From Heterodontus francisci (lineage: Eukaryota): a stretch of DNA of 64,000 nucleotides. A model generated the notes under the pieces. That model had not been told where the DNA came from. It made no database searches and saw only the letters and a program-made list of their open reading frames with translations. Position 1 is the stretch's first letter, and every line of letters starts with the position of its first letter. The DNA lies in assembly GCF_036365525.1 (NCBI RefSeq), contig NC_090399.1, positions 46,470,430 to 46,534,429 on the forward strand, given 5' to 3'. This document shows positions 34,850 to 48,543 of the stretch, piece by piece. Position numbers and translations under genes: made by a program.

Positions 34850-37711
34850 GGGCTGAATGTTACCGGCCCCTTGAAACTGCGGACCGTGGTGCGAGGGCTG
34901 GTAAAATACTGCAGTGAGAGGCCCACCTTGACCCGCGACGTCGAGACGGGCCCGTCTCATTTTACTGGGGGCGGGACCTCGGTGCGGCCTCCCTGCCGCA
35001 TGGCAGCGGCACCACAATCAACGTATGGTAATGATTACTTACCTCTGCTGATTTTGCAGCCTGCTGCCTCTCCACTGACACTGCCAGATTTTGCGTTGAA
35101 TGGGTGGCCGTCATGTGCCGTCCCACTGACGATCTGAAAAGTCGTAGGGTCCTCACTCTGCATTACGGAAGGGAGGGGGTATACATGGGGGTCTAACTCT
35201 GCATTTTGGAAGGGAAGAGGGGGGAGATATACAGGTGTCTAAATCTGCCTTCTTAAAGCAAGGGGAGGGACACACAGGGGTATAACTGTGCATTCTTATG
35301 GGGAGGAGGGTGGGGGATATGCAGGGGTCTAACACTGCTTTTATAAAGGCGGGGGGGGTGTGGGTGGATACACAGGGGTCGTACTCTGCATTCTGAAAGG
35401 GAGGGGATCTGGGATTACTATGCTGGCATGAAGGGAGGTACTGTGTACCATCCCTCCATTAACAGTCTACGCTCTGTGTTTGTCAGGGTGCATTGGCACA
35501 CTGGGCACCCTGTATGTGAGGAGGCTGCCGAAAGGGCAGGAGCATTGGGTTTTATGGATGATGTGGAAAATCGATTCAGCTGGTAGATCTTGATGTGATC
35601 ATGTTGTGCCACTCTCAGTGTTGGCCAAGATGGGCAATGCCATGGCACGCCACATAGTTGATCCAGGAAAGCAGCTGATGTACCCGTCAACACTAATCCA
35701 TGCCCTGTTAGGAACCTTTGAATACATGCAGGGTTCAAACTTATTTATCACATGGAAATAGGTGTGGCTCATCCTACATTGTGTGGTCCTCTGCTCGTGA
35801 GGATCCGTATGCACCAGAGACAATACCAACAGACAGGTGCGATCTACGTAGAGGCCACCGGTTGTGACCAGCAGCCCCCAAGGGGAGCTCGCCATTACAG
35901 TTTCCGTGCATCTCCAGGCCCCAGATGACATGCCATCAGATGTCAGAGCACCAGTGTCAGAGGAGATTGCGCATATAGAGAGGGTGGTGACACGTCTCTG
36001 TGCCCTATTCAAGGGTGACCTGCAGCCCATGGGATCCGGTGGACATGCCATGCCTTTGTTCCTCATAGCAACAGCAGTTCTCAAGCCTGATGCCTCTGCA
36101 GCCTTTTAGGGGCCCACCAGAGACCATGTGGGGTCACAGTCAGCAGTGCACCACTGCAACAGGGAGTTCACCAATGCCCTGCACCGGAGGGCCAGTGAGG
36201 ATGTCCGCTTCAGGACAGACTCTCACAGCCAGGCCCAGAGGGCCATCGGTTTCAGCACCATTGCCAGAGAACCATAGGTTATAATGTTCATAGACTGCAC
36301 TCATGTGCCGTCAGACCGACTGCCAGGCTACCACCTGCAGACATCACCAATAAAGGAGCCCTCTCAATCTAGGTGAAGCTGGTACGTGAACACCGCAGAT
36401 GCTTGCAGCGAATGTGTGACTGCTTCTCAGGCAGCTGCCATGACACCTGGGTCTTGTGCCTAACCCGGCTGTCACCGCTGTTCACTGAACTGGCTCAGAT
36501 GGAGTGGTGGCTTCTTGGAGATAAGGGTTATCCTGTGCAGACATGGCTCCCGACAACGGTGAGAGACCCCATCGTTGCTGCAGAGGTGAGATACAACGCC
36601 AGCCACTGAGCTACATGAACCAGCATTGAGCAGGAGATCGGCATGCTGAAAGAGAGCCTCCAATGCCTCGATGGATAGGGTGATGCCCTGTACGACAGGC
36701 CGAAAACGGCAGTTCCTTTCATTGCTACTCTGCACAACTCTGCACTCAATAGTGGCCAGGCCAGACATGATGAGGAGAGACATCAACAGGATTCCTCCTC
36801 GGACTAAGAGGACACTGAGGACCTACAACATCAAAGACGCATGGGAGGGCAGATGGCACCCAGGCTCTGCACACAGGGCTAGCAGTGAGGTAGGGAAGTA
36901 CGGAAGTGCCTTATCAGACAAAGGCTGTCTGCTCCATAGGAACCGATATGAGCTCTGCAAGCCACACATCACCCTCGCTCACCTGCTGTGCGCCAGTCCA
37001 CATCTGCAGCATCCCTGTGTAAACCATTAGAGGCAGCAGCTGACTGAGCCAATGTCCATGTCACTGCATCCGTGGAGGCACTCATGAGTAATAGTGGCAT
37101 GGCAATGATGTTATTGCATTAGTTGGCTCTCCTGAAGGGCTAACGGTGCAAAGAGATGTGACATTGGCGCTACCTGCTGGCACACATCATTCGCACAGAG
37201 AAAAGGACACACATGTTGGTGAGGAACATTTGGTGAAAGACGTATTTACATTGCTCTGACACTCGTGCATTCCCATTTGTGTCTGTGTGTTCTCTGTAAT
37301 AACGTTTATGGTCTATTTAAGTCTCACATCCTGGAATGTGAAAAATTAAGATTATTCACCCAGGTGCAGCACGCCTGCAAGAAGGAACGCTACACTTGAG
37401 TGGAAGGGGAGGATCACAACTTCACAGGACACTGGGACACAGCAGGGTAGGTAAGTGGCAGCAAAGCAGAAAGTGCTGGGGTCACTCAATAGGTCAGGCA
37501 GCATCTGTGTTGAGAGAAGCAGAGTTACCTTTGAGGTCTATGAACTTGGACAAGTTAAATCTGCTTCGCTCTCCACAGATGCTGCCTGACCTGCTGGATT
37601 CCTGCAGCAATTTCTGCTTTGCTGCCTGATTGACGGCAGCCCCACTCTTCAGTCAGGTAAATATTCTTTGACAACTGTCAGAAAGCAGGTGCTGGGGCGC
37701 TTAAAATATGG
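34850..37711 (+). mobile_element. PIF/Harbinger element copy H1 (degenerate transposase; right terminus missing)
   Basis: Starts with TIR GGGCTGAAT. Encodes GSCHDTWVL...[15 protein letters not shown]...EVRYNASH (36373-36609). Has an internal 48-bp repeat. Confidence 0.88.
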
Positions 37712-37714
37712 TAC

Positions 37715-39090
37715 TATTGCGGGTGTGTGGTTTATTACTGTGTGTGTGGTTTATTACTGTGTGTGTGATTTATTACTGGGTGTGTGATTTATTACTAGGT
37801 GTGAGGTTTATTACTGGGTGTGAGGTTTATTACTGTGTGTGTGATTTATTACTGTGTGTGTGATTTATTACTGGGTGTGAGGTTTATTACTGGGTGTGAG
37901 GTTTATTACTGGGTGTGTGGTTTATTACTGGGTGTGTGGTTTATTACTGGGTGTGTGGTTTATTACTCTGTGTGAGGTTTATTACTCTGTGTGTAGTTTA
38001 TTACTGGGTGTGAGGTTTATTACTGGGTGTCAGGTTTATTACTGGGTGTGAGGTTTATTACAGGGTGTGAGGTTTATTACTGAGTGTGTGATTTATTACT
38101 GGGTGTGTGATTTATTACTGGGTGTGTGATTTATTACTGGGTGTGTGATATATTACTGGGTGCGTGATTTATTACTGGGTGCGTGGTTTGTTACTGAGTG
38201 CGTGGTTTGTTACTGGGTGTGTGGTTTGTTACTGGGTGTGTGGTTTGTAACTGGGTGTGTGGTTTGTAACTGGGTGTGTGGTTTGTAACTGGGTGTGTGA
38301 TTTATTACTGGGTGTGTGATTTATTACTGTGTGTGAGGTTTATTACTGGGTGTGTGATTTATTACTGGGTGTGTGGTTTATTACTGGGTGTGTGATTTAT
38401 TACTGGGTGCGTGGTTTGTTACTGGGTGTGTGGTTTGTTACTGGGTGTGTGGTTTGTTACTGGGTGTGTGGTTTATTACTGGGTGTGTGGTTTATTACTC
38501 TGTGTGTGGTTTATTACTGGGTGTGAGGTTTATTACTGAGTGTGTGATTTATTACTGGGTGTGTGATTTATTACTGGGTGTGTGATTTATTACTGGGTGT
38601 GTGATATATTACTGGGTGCGTGATTTATTACTGGGTGCGTGGTTTGTTACTGAGTGCGTGGTTTGTTACTGGGTGTGTGGTTTGTTACTGGGTGTGTGGT
38701 TTGTTACTGGATGTGTGGTTTGTAACTGGGTGTGTGATTTATTACTGGGTGTGTGATTTATTACTGCGTGTGAGGTTTATTACTGGGTGTGTGATTTATT
38801 ACTGGGTGTGTGAATTATTACTGGGTGTGTGGTTTATTACTGGGTGTGTGATTTATTACTGGGTGTGTGGTTTGTTACTGAGTGTGTGGTTTGTTACTGG
38901 GTGTGTGGTTTGTTACTGGGTGTGTGATTTATTACTGGGTGTGTGATTTATTACTGGGTGTGTGGTTTGTTACTGAGGGAGTGGTTTGTTACTGGGTGTG
39001 TGGTTTGTTACTGGGTGTGTGATTTATTACTGGGTGTGTGATTTATAACTGGGTGTGTGGTTTTTTACTGGGTGCGTTGTTTATTATTGG
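37715..39090 (+). repeat. 19-bp minisatellite (CTGGGTGTGTGGTTTATTA), inverted relative to the other blocks
   Basis: About 70 tandem units. Confidence 0.95.
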
Positions 39091-39140
39091 ATATTGTCAC
39101 AAAAGGTTTTACTTTTTGTAATAAAATCTTGGACTTCTAT

Positions 39141-42100
39141 GGGCTGAATTCCATCAGGGTGCCGGCATTTAGCAGCCGCTGCAGAGCCCTCACGAAATTA
39201 CATGAGGGAGCTCATTATTATCACTGCGCCGAGCCTCCCCCCCCAATATTACGTGAGGAGAGGTGGGACAATTGGCACAGTGAGGAACCCATTGAAAGTT
39301 GTGCAGTAAGTACTGGGGCCCTATTTTAAACACCCCAGCACCTGCTTCCTGACAGCTGTCAAAGAATACTTACTTGACTGCTGAAGCGTGGGGCTGCTGT
39401 CAATCTGGCAGCAAAGCAGAAAGTGCTGCAGAAATCCAGCAGGTCAGGCAGCATCTGTGGAGAGAGAAGCAGAGGTAACTTGTCCAAGTTCACAGACCTC
39501 AAAGTTAACTCTGCTATTCTCTTCACAGATGCTGCCTGACCTGCTGTGTTACCGCAGCATTTCCACATTGCTGCGACATACTTATCCTGCTGTGTCCCAG
39601 TGTCCTGTGAAGTTGCGATCCTCCCCTTCCACTCAAATGTGACATTCCTTCTTGTAGGCGTTCTGCACCTGGGTGAATAATCTTAAATTTGCACATTCCA
39701 GGACGTGAGACTTAAAAATCGACCATAAAAGGTATTACAGAGGTTTACAGAGAACACACAGATACAAATGGGAATGCACGGGTGTCACAGCAATGTAAAT
39801 ACGTCTTTCAGCAACATGTTCCTCACCAACATGTGTGTCCTTTTCTCTGTGCGAATAATGTGTGCCAGCAGGTAGCGCCAATGTCACAGCCCTTCAGAAG
39901 AGCCAACGTATGCAATAACATCATTGCCATGCCACTATTACTCATGAGCATCTCCATGGATACAGTAACATGGACATTGACTCAGTCAGCTGCTGCCTCT
40001 AATGGTTTACACAGGGATGCTGCAGATGTGGACTGGTGCACAGCAGGTGAGCGAGGGTGATGTGTGATTTGCAGAGCTCATGTCAGTTCCTATGGAGCAG
40101 ACAGCCTTTGGCTGATAAGGCACTTCCGTACTTCCCTACCTCACTGCTTGCCCTGCATGCAGAGCCTGGGTGCCATCTGCCCTCCCTCGCATCTTTCAAA
40201 TTGTAGATCCTCAGCAGCCTCATAGTCTGAGGAGGAATCCTGTTGACGTCTCTCCTCATCATGCCAGGTCTGGCCCCTATTGGGTGCAGAGTTGGGCAGA
40301 GCAGCAAAGAAAGGAGCTGGCGTTTTGGGCCCGTAATACAGGGCATCACCCTATCCATCGAGGCATTGGAGGCTCTCTTTCAGCATGCCGATCTCCTGCT
40401 CAATGGTGTCTCATGTAGCTCAGTGGCTGGCGTTGTATCTCTCCTCTGCAGCAGTGGTGGAGTCTGTCACTGGTGTCGGGAGCCATGTCTGCAAAGGATA
40501 GCCCTTATCTCCGAGAAGCCACCCTTCCATCTGAGCCAGTTCAGTCAACAGCAGTGGCAGCCGGGACTGGTGAAAGACCCAGGTGCCATGGCAGCTGCCT
40601 GAGAAGTGGTCACACATTCGCTACTAGCGTCTGCGGTGATCACATACCAACTTTGCCTTGATTGAGAGGACTCCTTTCATGGTGATGTCTGCAGGTGGTA
40701 ACCTGGCAGTAGGCCCGATGCCACATGAGTGTAATCTATGAACATTATAACCTATGGTTCTCTGGCAATGGTGCTGAAACTGATGGCCCTCTGGGCCTGG
40801 CTGTGAGAGTCTGTCCTGAAGCGGATATACTCACTGGCCCTCCAGTGCAGGGCATTGGTGACGTCCCTGATGCAGCGGTGCATTGTTAACTGTGTGACCC
40901 CACAAAGGTCTCTGATGGGTCCTTAAAAAGCTGCAGGGGTGTCAGGCTTGAGAATTGCTGCCACTATGAGGAACAAAGGCATGGGATGTCTACCGGAGCC
41001 CGTGGGCTGCAGGTCATCCTTCAGCAGGGCACAGAGATGTGTCACCACCCTTTCTATATGCGCAATCGCCTCTGACACTGGTGCTCTGACATCCGATAGC
41101 ATGTCATGTGGGGCCTGTAGACACATAGCAAACATAATGGCGACCTCCCTTTGGGGTTGCTGGTCATGACCGGGGGCCTCTACGTGGATCACAACTGCCT
41201 GTTTATATTGCCTTTGGTGCATACGTATCCTCTCGTGCAGAGGATCGCACAATGTAGGATGAGCCATACCTATTTCCATGTGATAAATAAAGTTGAACCC
41301 TACATGTATTGGAAGGTTCCTAACAGGGCATGGATTAGTGTGATGGGTCCATCAGCTGCTTTCCTGGTTCAACTATGTGGTGTGCCATGGCATTGCCCAT
41401 CTTGGCCAATACTCAGAGTGGCACAACATGACCACATCAAGATCCTACCAGCTGAATTGATTACCCACATCATCCAGAAAACCTAATTCTCCTGCCATTT
41501 CTGGTATCCTCCCCACACACAAGGTGTCTGGTGTGCCAATGCACCCTGACAAACACAGAGCGTAGACTGTTAATGGAGGGATGGTACACAGTACTTCCCT
41601 TCATGCCAGCACAGCTTTCCCTCCAGTAATACCAGACCCCCTCCCTTTCGGAATGCAGAGTGCGACCCCTGTGTATCTCCCCCTCCTCCCTCTAGCAATG
41701 CAGAGTTAGACCCCTGCATATCCCCCCTTCCTCCTCCCTTTAAGAATGCAGCGTTAGACCCCTGCATATCCCCCCTTCCTCCTCCCTTTAAGAATGCAGC
41801 GTTCGACCCCAGCATATCCGCCCCCTCCCTTTAAGAATGCACAGTTAGATCCCTGTGTATCTCCCCCTCCTCCCTTTCGCAATGCAGCGTTAGACCCCTG
41901 CATTTCCCCCCTCCCTCCTCCCTTTAAGAATGCAGTGTTAGACCCCTGCATATCCCCCCTCCTCCCTTTAAGAATGCACAGTTAGATCCCTGTGTATCCC
42001 CCCTCCCTCTTCCCTTCTGTCATGCAGAGTGAGGACCCATCAGCTTTTCAGATCGTGAATGGGATGGCACATGACTGCTGCCCGTTCAACGAAAAATCTG

Positions 42101-42338
42101 GCAGTGTTGGTGCAGAGGTGGTGGGCTGCATAATCAGCATAGGTAAGTAATCATTATCCTACGTTGATTGTGGTGCTATTGCTATGTGGCGGGGGGCCGC
42201 TCCGAGGTCCTGCCGCCGCCAGGAAAATGTGGCGGGCCCATCTCGACATCGTGGATCGAGGCAGGTCTCTCCCCACAGCATTTTACTAGCCACTGAGCCG
42301 CGATCCATGCCTCCGAGGGGCCGGTAACATTCAGTCCC
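39141..42338 (-). mobile_element. PIF/Harbinger element copy H2 with both TIRs
   Basis: GGGCTGAAT...ATTCAGTCCC termini; [18 protein letters not shown]...EERYNASH (40420-40617); reverse complement of H1; 48-bp repeat expanded at about 41630-42020. Confidence 0.9.
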
Positions 42339-42339
42339 C

Positions 42340-45300
42340 AGTATTAACCCTCATGCCCAGTCATAAACCTCACACCCAGTAATAACCCTCCCATCCAGTA
42401 TTAAACCTCACACCCAGTCATAAACCTCACACCCAGTCATAAACCTCACACCCAGTAATAAACCGCACACCCAGCAGTTAACATCACAGCCAGTAATAAA
42501 CCACATACTCAGTAATAAACTAAGACCCAGTGGTAAACGTCACCCAGTAATAACCACACACACAGTAAAAAACCATAAACCATCTAAACAAAGTTCACAC
42601 CCAGTAATAAACCACACACCCAGTAGTAAACCATACACCCAGTAATAAGCCAGACACATAATAATAAACCTCAAATCTAGTAATAAACCACACACCCGTT
42701 AATAAACAATGGACCCAGCCATAAACTATACACCCCATAATAAACCAGACACATAGTAATAAACCACACACCCAATAATAAATCATTCACTCAGTAACAA
42801 ATCGTACACCCAATAATAAACTATACACCCAATAATAAAGCATGCAACCAGTAATAAACCACACAACCAGTCATAAACCCCACACACAGTAATAATCCGT
42901 ACACCCAGTCATAAACTTCAGTCCCAGTAATCAAGCACAAACCCATTAATAAACATCACACCCAGTGGAAAAACACACTAAGTAATAAATCACACACCCA
43001 AGAATAAACTGTGCATGCAGTAACAAAACCTACACCAAATAATAAACCATACACCCAATAATAAACCAAACACCCAGTACCTCATGGCAGACTGGTACAA
43101 AAGGTGAAGTCACACAGGATCAGAGGTGAGCTGGCAAGATGGATACAGAACTCGCTCTGTCATAGAAGACGGAGGGTAGCAGTGAAAGGGTGCTTTTCTG
43201 AATGGAGGGATGTGACTAGTGGTGTTCCGCAGGGATCAGTGCTGGGACCTTTGCTCTTTGTAGTATATATAAATGATTTGGAGGAAAATGTAGCTGGTCT
43301 GATGAGTAAGTTGGCGGATGACACAAAGGTTGGTGGAGTTACGGATAGTGATGAGGATCGTCAGAGGATACAGCAGGATATAGATCGGTTGGAGACTTGG
43401 GCGGAGAAATGGCAGATGGAATTTAATCTGGACAAATGTGAGGTAATACATTTTGGAAGATCTAATGCAGGTGGGAGTTATACAGTAAATGGCAGAACCC
43501 TTAGGAGTATTGACAGGCAGAGAGATCTGGGTGTACAGGTCCACAGGTCACTGAAAGTGGCAATGCAGGTGGATAAGGTAGTCAAGAAAGCATACGGCAT
43601 GCTTGTCTTCATCGGTCGGGGCATAAAGTATAAAAATTGGCAAGTCATGCTGCAGCTGTACAGAACTTTAGTTAGGCCACACTTAGAATATTGCATGCAA
43701 TTCTGGTCGCCACACTACCAGAAGGACATGGAGGCTTTGGAGAGTGTACAGAGGAGGTTTACCAGGATGTTGCCTGGTCTGGAGGGCATTAGCTATGAGG
43801 AGAGGTTGGATAAACTCGGATTGTTTTCACTGGAACAACAAAGGTGGAGAGGTGACATGATAGAGGTTTACAAAGTTATGAGCGGCATGGACAGAGTGGA
43901 TAGTCAGAAGCTTTTTCCCAGGGTGGAAGAGTCAGTTACTAGGGGACATAGGTTTAAGGTGTGAGGGGCAAAGTTTAGAGGGGATTTGCGAGGCAAGTTC
44001 TTTACACAGAGGGTGGTGAGTGCCTGGAACTTGCTGTCGGGGGAGATGGTGGAAGCAGGTATGATAATGACGTTTAAGAGGCATCTTGACAAATACATGA
44101 ATAGGATGGGAATAGAGGGATACGGTCCCTGGAAGTGCAGAATGTTTTGGATTAGGCAGGCATCAAGATCGCCGCAGGCTTGGAGGGCCGAATGGCCTGT
44201 TCCTGTGCTGTACTGTTCTTTGTTCTTTGTAAACCAAACACCCAGTAATAAACCATAAACCATCTAATAAACCACACACCCAGTAATAAACCACACACAG
44301 CGTATTAAGCTTCACACCCAGTAATAAACCACACACCCAGTCATAATCCTCACAACCAGTCATAATCCTCACACCCAGTAGTAAACTTCATGCCCAGTAA
44401 TAAACCACACAACCAGTAATAAAACTCACACCCAGTAATAAACCACACACACAGTAATAAACCACAAACACAGTAATAAAACTCACACCCAGTAATAAAC
44501 CTCACACCCAGTAATAAACAACACATCCAGTCATGAAACATACACCCAGCAATAAACCACACACATAACAATAAACCACACACACAGTAATATGCCACAC
44601 ACTCAGTAATAACCACATATGCAGTAATAAGCCATAAACCATCGAACAAAAGCGTACAGCCAGTAATAAGCCACACACCCAGTCATAAGCTTCATACCCA
44701 GTAATAAAGCCTACACCCAGCACCCTATTCCAATCTGCAATGTCGGTGTACCTACCCCACGTTGACTGCAGCGGTTCAAGAAGGCAGCTCACCACCATTT
44801 CTCAAGGGAAATTAGGGATGGGCAATAAACGCTGGCCTCGCCAGTGACGTTCACATCTCAGGAACAAACTTTTTAAAATTAAACCACGCACCCAGTAATA
44901 AACCACACACCCAGTCATATGCTTCACACCCAGTAGTAGAACTCACACCCAATAATAAACAAAGCTCACGCAATCATAAACAATACACCCAGTAGTAAAG
45001 CTCACACCCAGTAATAAACGACACACCCAATAATAAACCACACACTCAGTAACAATACGTACACACAATAATAAACCATAAACCCAATAATAAACTATAC
45101 AGCTGGTAATAAACCATACACCCAGTCATAAAGCACATACCCAGTAATAAACCAACACTCAGTAATAACCTTCACACCCAATAATAATCACATTGCCAGT
45201 AATAAACTGCAAACCATCTAACAAAAGCGTACAACAAGTAATAAACCACACACCCAGTCATAAGCCGCACACGCAGTAATAAAGCACACACCCAGTGGTA

Positions 45301-45350
45301 AACCTCACACTCAGTAATAAACAACGCACCCAGTAATAAATCACACACAT
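42340..45350 (-). repeat. 19-bp minisatellite (TAATAAACCACACACCCAG), interrupted by a CR1 (43080-44229) and a small LINE piece (about 44720-44875)
   Basis: Tandem units, more degenerate than 37715-39090. Confidence 0.92.
43080..44229 (+). mobile_element. 5'-truncated, relatively young CR1 LINE with 18-bp TSD
   Basis: 286-aa RT ORF ([14 protein letters not shown]); (TTCTTTG)n tail; TAAACCAAACACCCAGTA at 43062-43079 and 44230-44247; same subfamily as 54968-59556. Confidence 0.92.
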
Positions 45351-45351
45351 A

Positions 45352-48300
45352 GGGCTGAATTTTATTGGGGCAGCGCCGTCTGCGGCGGCACCATTTGAAC
45401 TCAGCACGTCGCCCGCCTTTAGCAGCCGCCGCGGAGCCCCCACGATATTACGCCCGGGGTTCATTAAAATCACTGCGCCGAACCTCCCTCCCGATATTAC
45501 GTGGGGAGAGGCGGGACATTCGGCGCAGTGAGGAACCCTTGACAGCTGTGCAGCAGGTGCTGGGGCCCTATTTTAAGCGCTCCAGCACCTGCTTCCTGAC
45601 AGCTGTCAAACAAATACTTAGCTGACTGCTGAAGAGTGAGGCCGCTGTCAATCTGGTAGCAAAGCAGAAAGTGCAGCAGAAATCCAGCAGGTCAGGCAGC
45701 ATCTGTGGAGAGAGAAGCAGAGTTAACTTGTCCAAGTTCACGGACCTGAAAGTTAGCTCTGCTTCTCTCTCCGCAGATGCTGCCTGACCTGCTGATTGAT
45801 CCCAACACTTTCCACTTTGCTGCCACATACTTACCCTGCTGTGTCCCAGTGTCCTGTGAAGTTGCGATCCTCCCCTTCCACTCAAGTGCAACATTCCTTC
45901 TTGTACGCGTGCTGCACCTGGGTGAATAATCTTAAATTTGCACATTCCAGGACGTGAGACTAAAATAAACCATAAAAGTTATTAGAGGTTTACAGAGAAC
46001 ACACTGATGCAAATGGGAATGCACAGGTGTCACAGCAATGTAAATACGTCTTTCACTAAATGTTCCTCATCAACATGTGTGTCCTTTTCTCTGTGTGAAT
46101 GATGTGTGCCAGCATGCAGCACCAATGTTACATCCCTTTGCACCGTTAGCCCTTCAGGAGAGCCAACGTATACAATAACATTGCCATGCCACCATTACAC
46201 ATGAGCGCCTCCACGGATGCAATGACATGGACATTGGCTCAGTCAGCTGCTGCCTCTAATGGTTTACACAGGGATGCTGCAGATGTGGACTGGTGCACAG
46301 CAGGTGAGTGAGGGTGATGTATGACTTGCAGAGCTCATGTTGGTTCCTATGGAGCAGACAGCCTTTGTCTGATAAGTCACTGCCGTACATCCCTACCTCA
46401 CTGCTAGCCCTGTGTGCAGAGCCTGGCTGCCATCTGCCCTCCCATGCATCTTTCATGTTGTAGGTCCTCAGTGTCCTCATAGTCCGAGGAGGAATCCTGT
46501 TGACGTCTCTCCTCATCATGCCAGGCCTGGCCCCTATTGGGTGCAGAGTTGGGCAGAGCAGCAAAGAAAGGAGCTGGCCTTTTTGGCCCATAGTACAGGG
46601 CATCACCCTATCCATCCAGGTATTGGAGGTGCTCTTTCAGCATGCTGATCTCCTGCTCAATGGTGGCTCAGTGGCTGGCGTTGTATCTCTCCTCTGCAGC
46701 AATGGTGGAGTCGCTCACCAGTGTCAGGAGCCATGTCTGCAAAGGATAGCCCTTATCTCCGAGAAGTCACCCCTCCATCTGAGCCAGTTCAGTGAACAGC
46801 GGTGGCAGCCGGGACTGGAGCAGATCCATGGTGTCATGACAGCTGCCTGAGAAGTGCCCACAGATTCGCTGCTAACATCTGCGGTGTTCACATACCTGCT
46901 TCACCTAGACTGAGACGTCTCCTTTAATGGTAACATCTGCAGGTGGTAACCTGGCGGGAGGCCTGATGGCCACATCTGTGCAGTCTATGAACATTATAAC
47001 CTATGGTTCTCCGGCAATGGTGCCAGAACCACTGGCCCTCTGGGCCTGGCTATGAGAGTCTGTCCTGAAGTGGACATCCTCACTGGCCCTCCGGTGCAGG
47101 GCATTGGTGACCTCCCTGATGCAGCGGTGAATTGCTGACTGTGTGACCCCCACTAAGGTCTTTGGTGGGCTTCTAAAAGGCTGCAGAGGCACAGGCTTGA
47201 CAACTGCTGCCACTATGAGGACCAAAGGCATGGGATGTCAACTGGAGCCCATGGGCAGGGGACAGAGACGTGTGACCACCCTCTCTATATGCGCAATCTC
47301 CTCTGACACTGGTGCTCTGACATCCGATAACATATCATGTAGGTCAGTAGATGCACGGCAACCATAATGGCGGGCTCCCCTTGGGGGCTGCTGGTCAAGA
47401 CTGGGGGCCTCTGGGTGGATCGCAGATGCCTGTTGGTATTGCCTCAGGCACAGTCAGATCCTCACGAGCAGAGGATCACACAATGTAGGATGAGCCATAC
47501 CTATTTTCATGCGATAAATAAAGTTGAACCCTGCATGTATTGGAAGGTTCCAAACAGGGCAGGGATTGGTGTTGACGGCTACATCAGCTACTTTCCTGGA
47601 TTAACTATGTGTTGTGCCATGGCATTGCCCATCTTGGCCAACACTCAGAGTGGCACAACATGACCACATCAAGATCCTACCAGCTTAATTGATTGCCCAC
47701 ATCATCCATAAAACCTAATGCTCCTGCCCTTTCTGGCACCCTCCCCACACACAGAGTGCCTAGTGTGCCATTGCCCCCTGACAAACACAGAACGTACACT
47801 GTTAACGGAGGGATGGTACACGGTACCCGCCTTCATGCCAGCACAGCTTTCCCTCCAGTAATACCAGACCTCCTCGCTTTCAGAATGCAGAGTTAGACCC
47901 CTGCATATCCCCCCCTCCCTTCTCCCTTCTGTAGTTCAAAGCGAGGACCCGGGGCAGCACAGTGGCGCAGTGGTTAGCACCGCAGCCTCACAGCTCCGGA
48001 AACCTGGGTTTGGTTCTGGGCACTGCCTGTGCAGAGGTTGCACGTTCTCCCTGTGACCGCGTGGGTTTCTACCAGGTGCTCCAGTTTCCTCCCACATACC
48101 AAAGACTTGCAGGTTGATAGATAAATTGGCCATTGTAAATTGCCCATAGTGTAGGTAGGTGGTAGGAGAATTGAGGCAAGGTGGGGATGTGGTAGGGAAT
48201 ACGGGATTAATGGTGGATTAGTATAAATTGATGGTTGGCACAGACTTGGTGGGCCAAAGGGCCTGTTTCAGTACTCTATGACCCACTGGTTTTTCAGATC

Positions 48301-48543
48301 ACAAATGTGACAGCTGCCTGTTCAATGCACAATCTGGCAGTGTCAGTGGAGAGGCAGCGGGCTGCATATTCAGCAGAGGTAAGTAATCATTACCATATCT
48401 TAATTGTGGTGCTGCTGCCGTGCGATGGGGGGCCGCACTGAGGTCCTGCTGTTGCTGGTAAAATGCGGCAGGCCCGTCTCAGCATCGCGGGTCAAGGCGG
48501 GCCTCTCCCCACAGCATTTTACTGGCCCCTGCGCCACGATCCA
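45352..48543 (-). mobile_element. PIF/Harbinger element copy H3
   Basis: Starts GGGCTGAATTTT; colinear with H2; right terminus slightly truncated; contains a SINE insertion. Confidence 0.88.
47951..48279 (+). mobile_element. HE1-like SINE inserted in H3
   Basis: GGGGCAGCACAGTGGCGCAGTGGTTAGCACCGC; flanked by a GACCC duplication; absent from H1 and H2. Confidence 0.85.

Noticed and set aside
36373-36609. Domesticated HARBI1 gene
   Set aside because: Multiple stops and frameshifts, TIRs and three local copies indicate decayed transposons.
38329-38946. Hydrophobic YYWVCGLLLGV ORFs as membrane proteins
   Set aside because: Translation of the 19-bp satellite.
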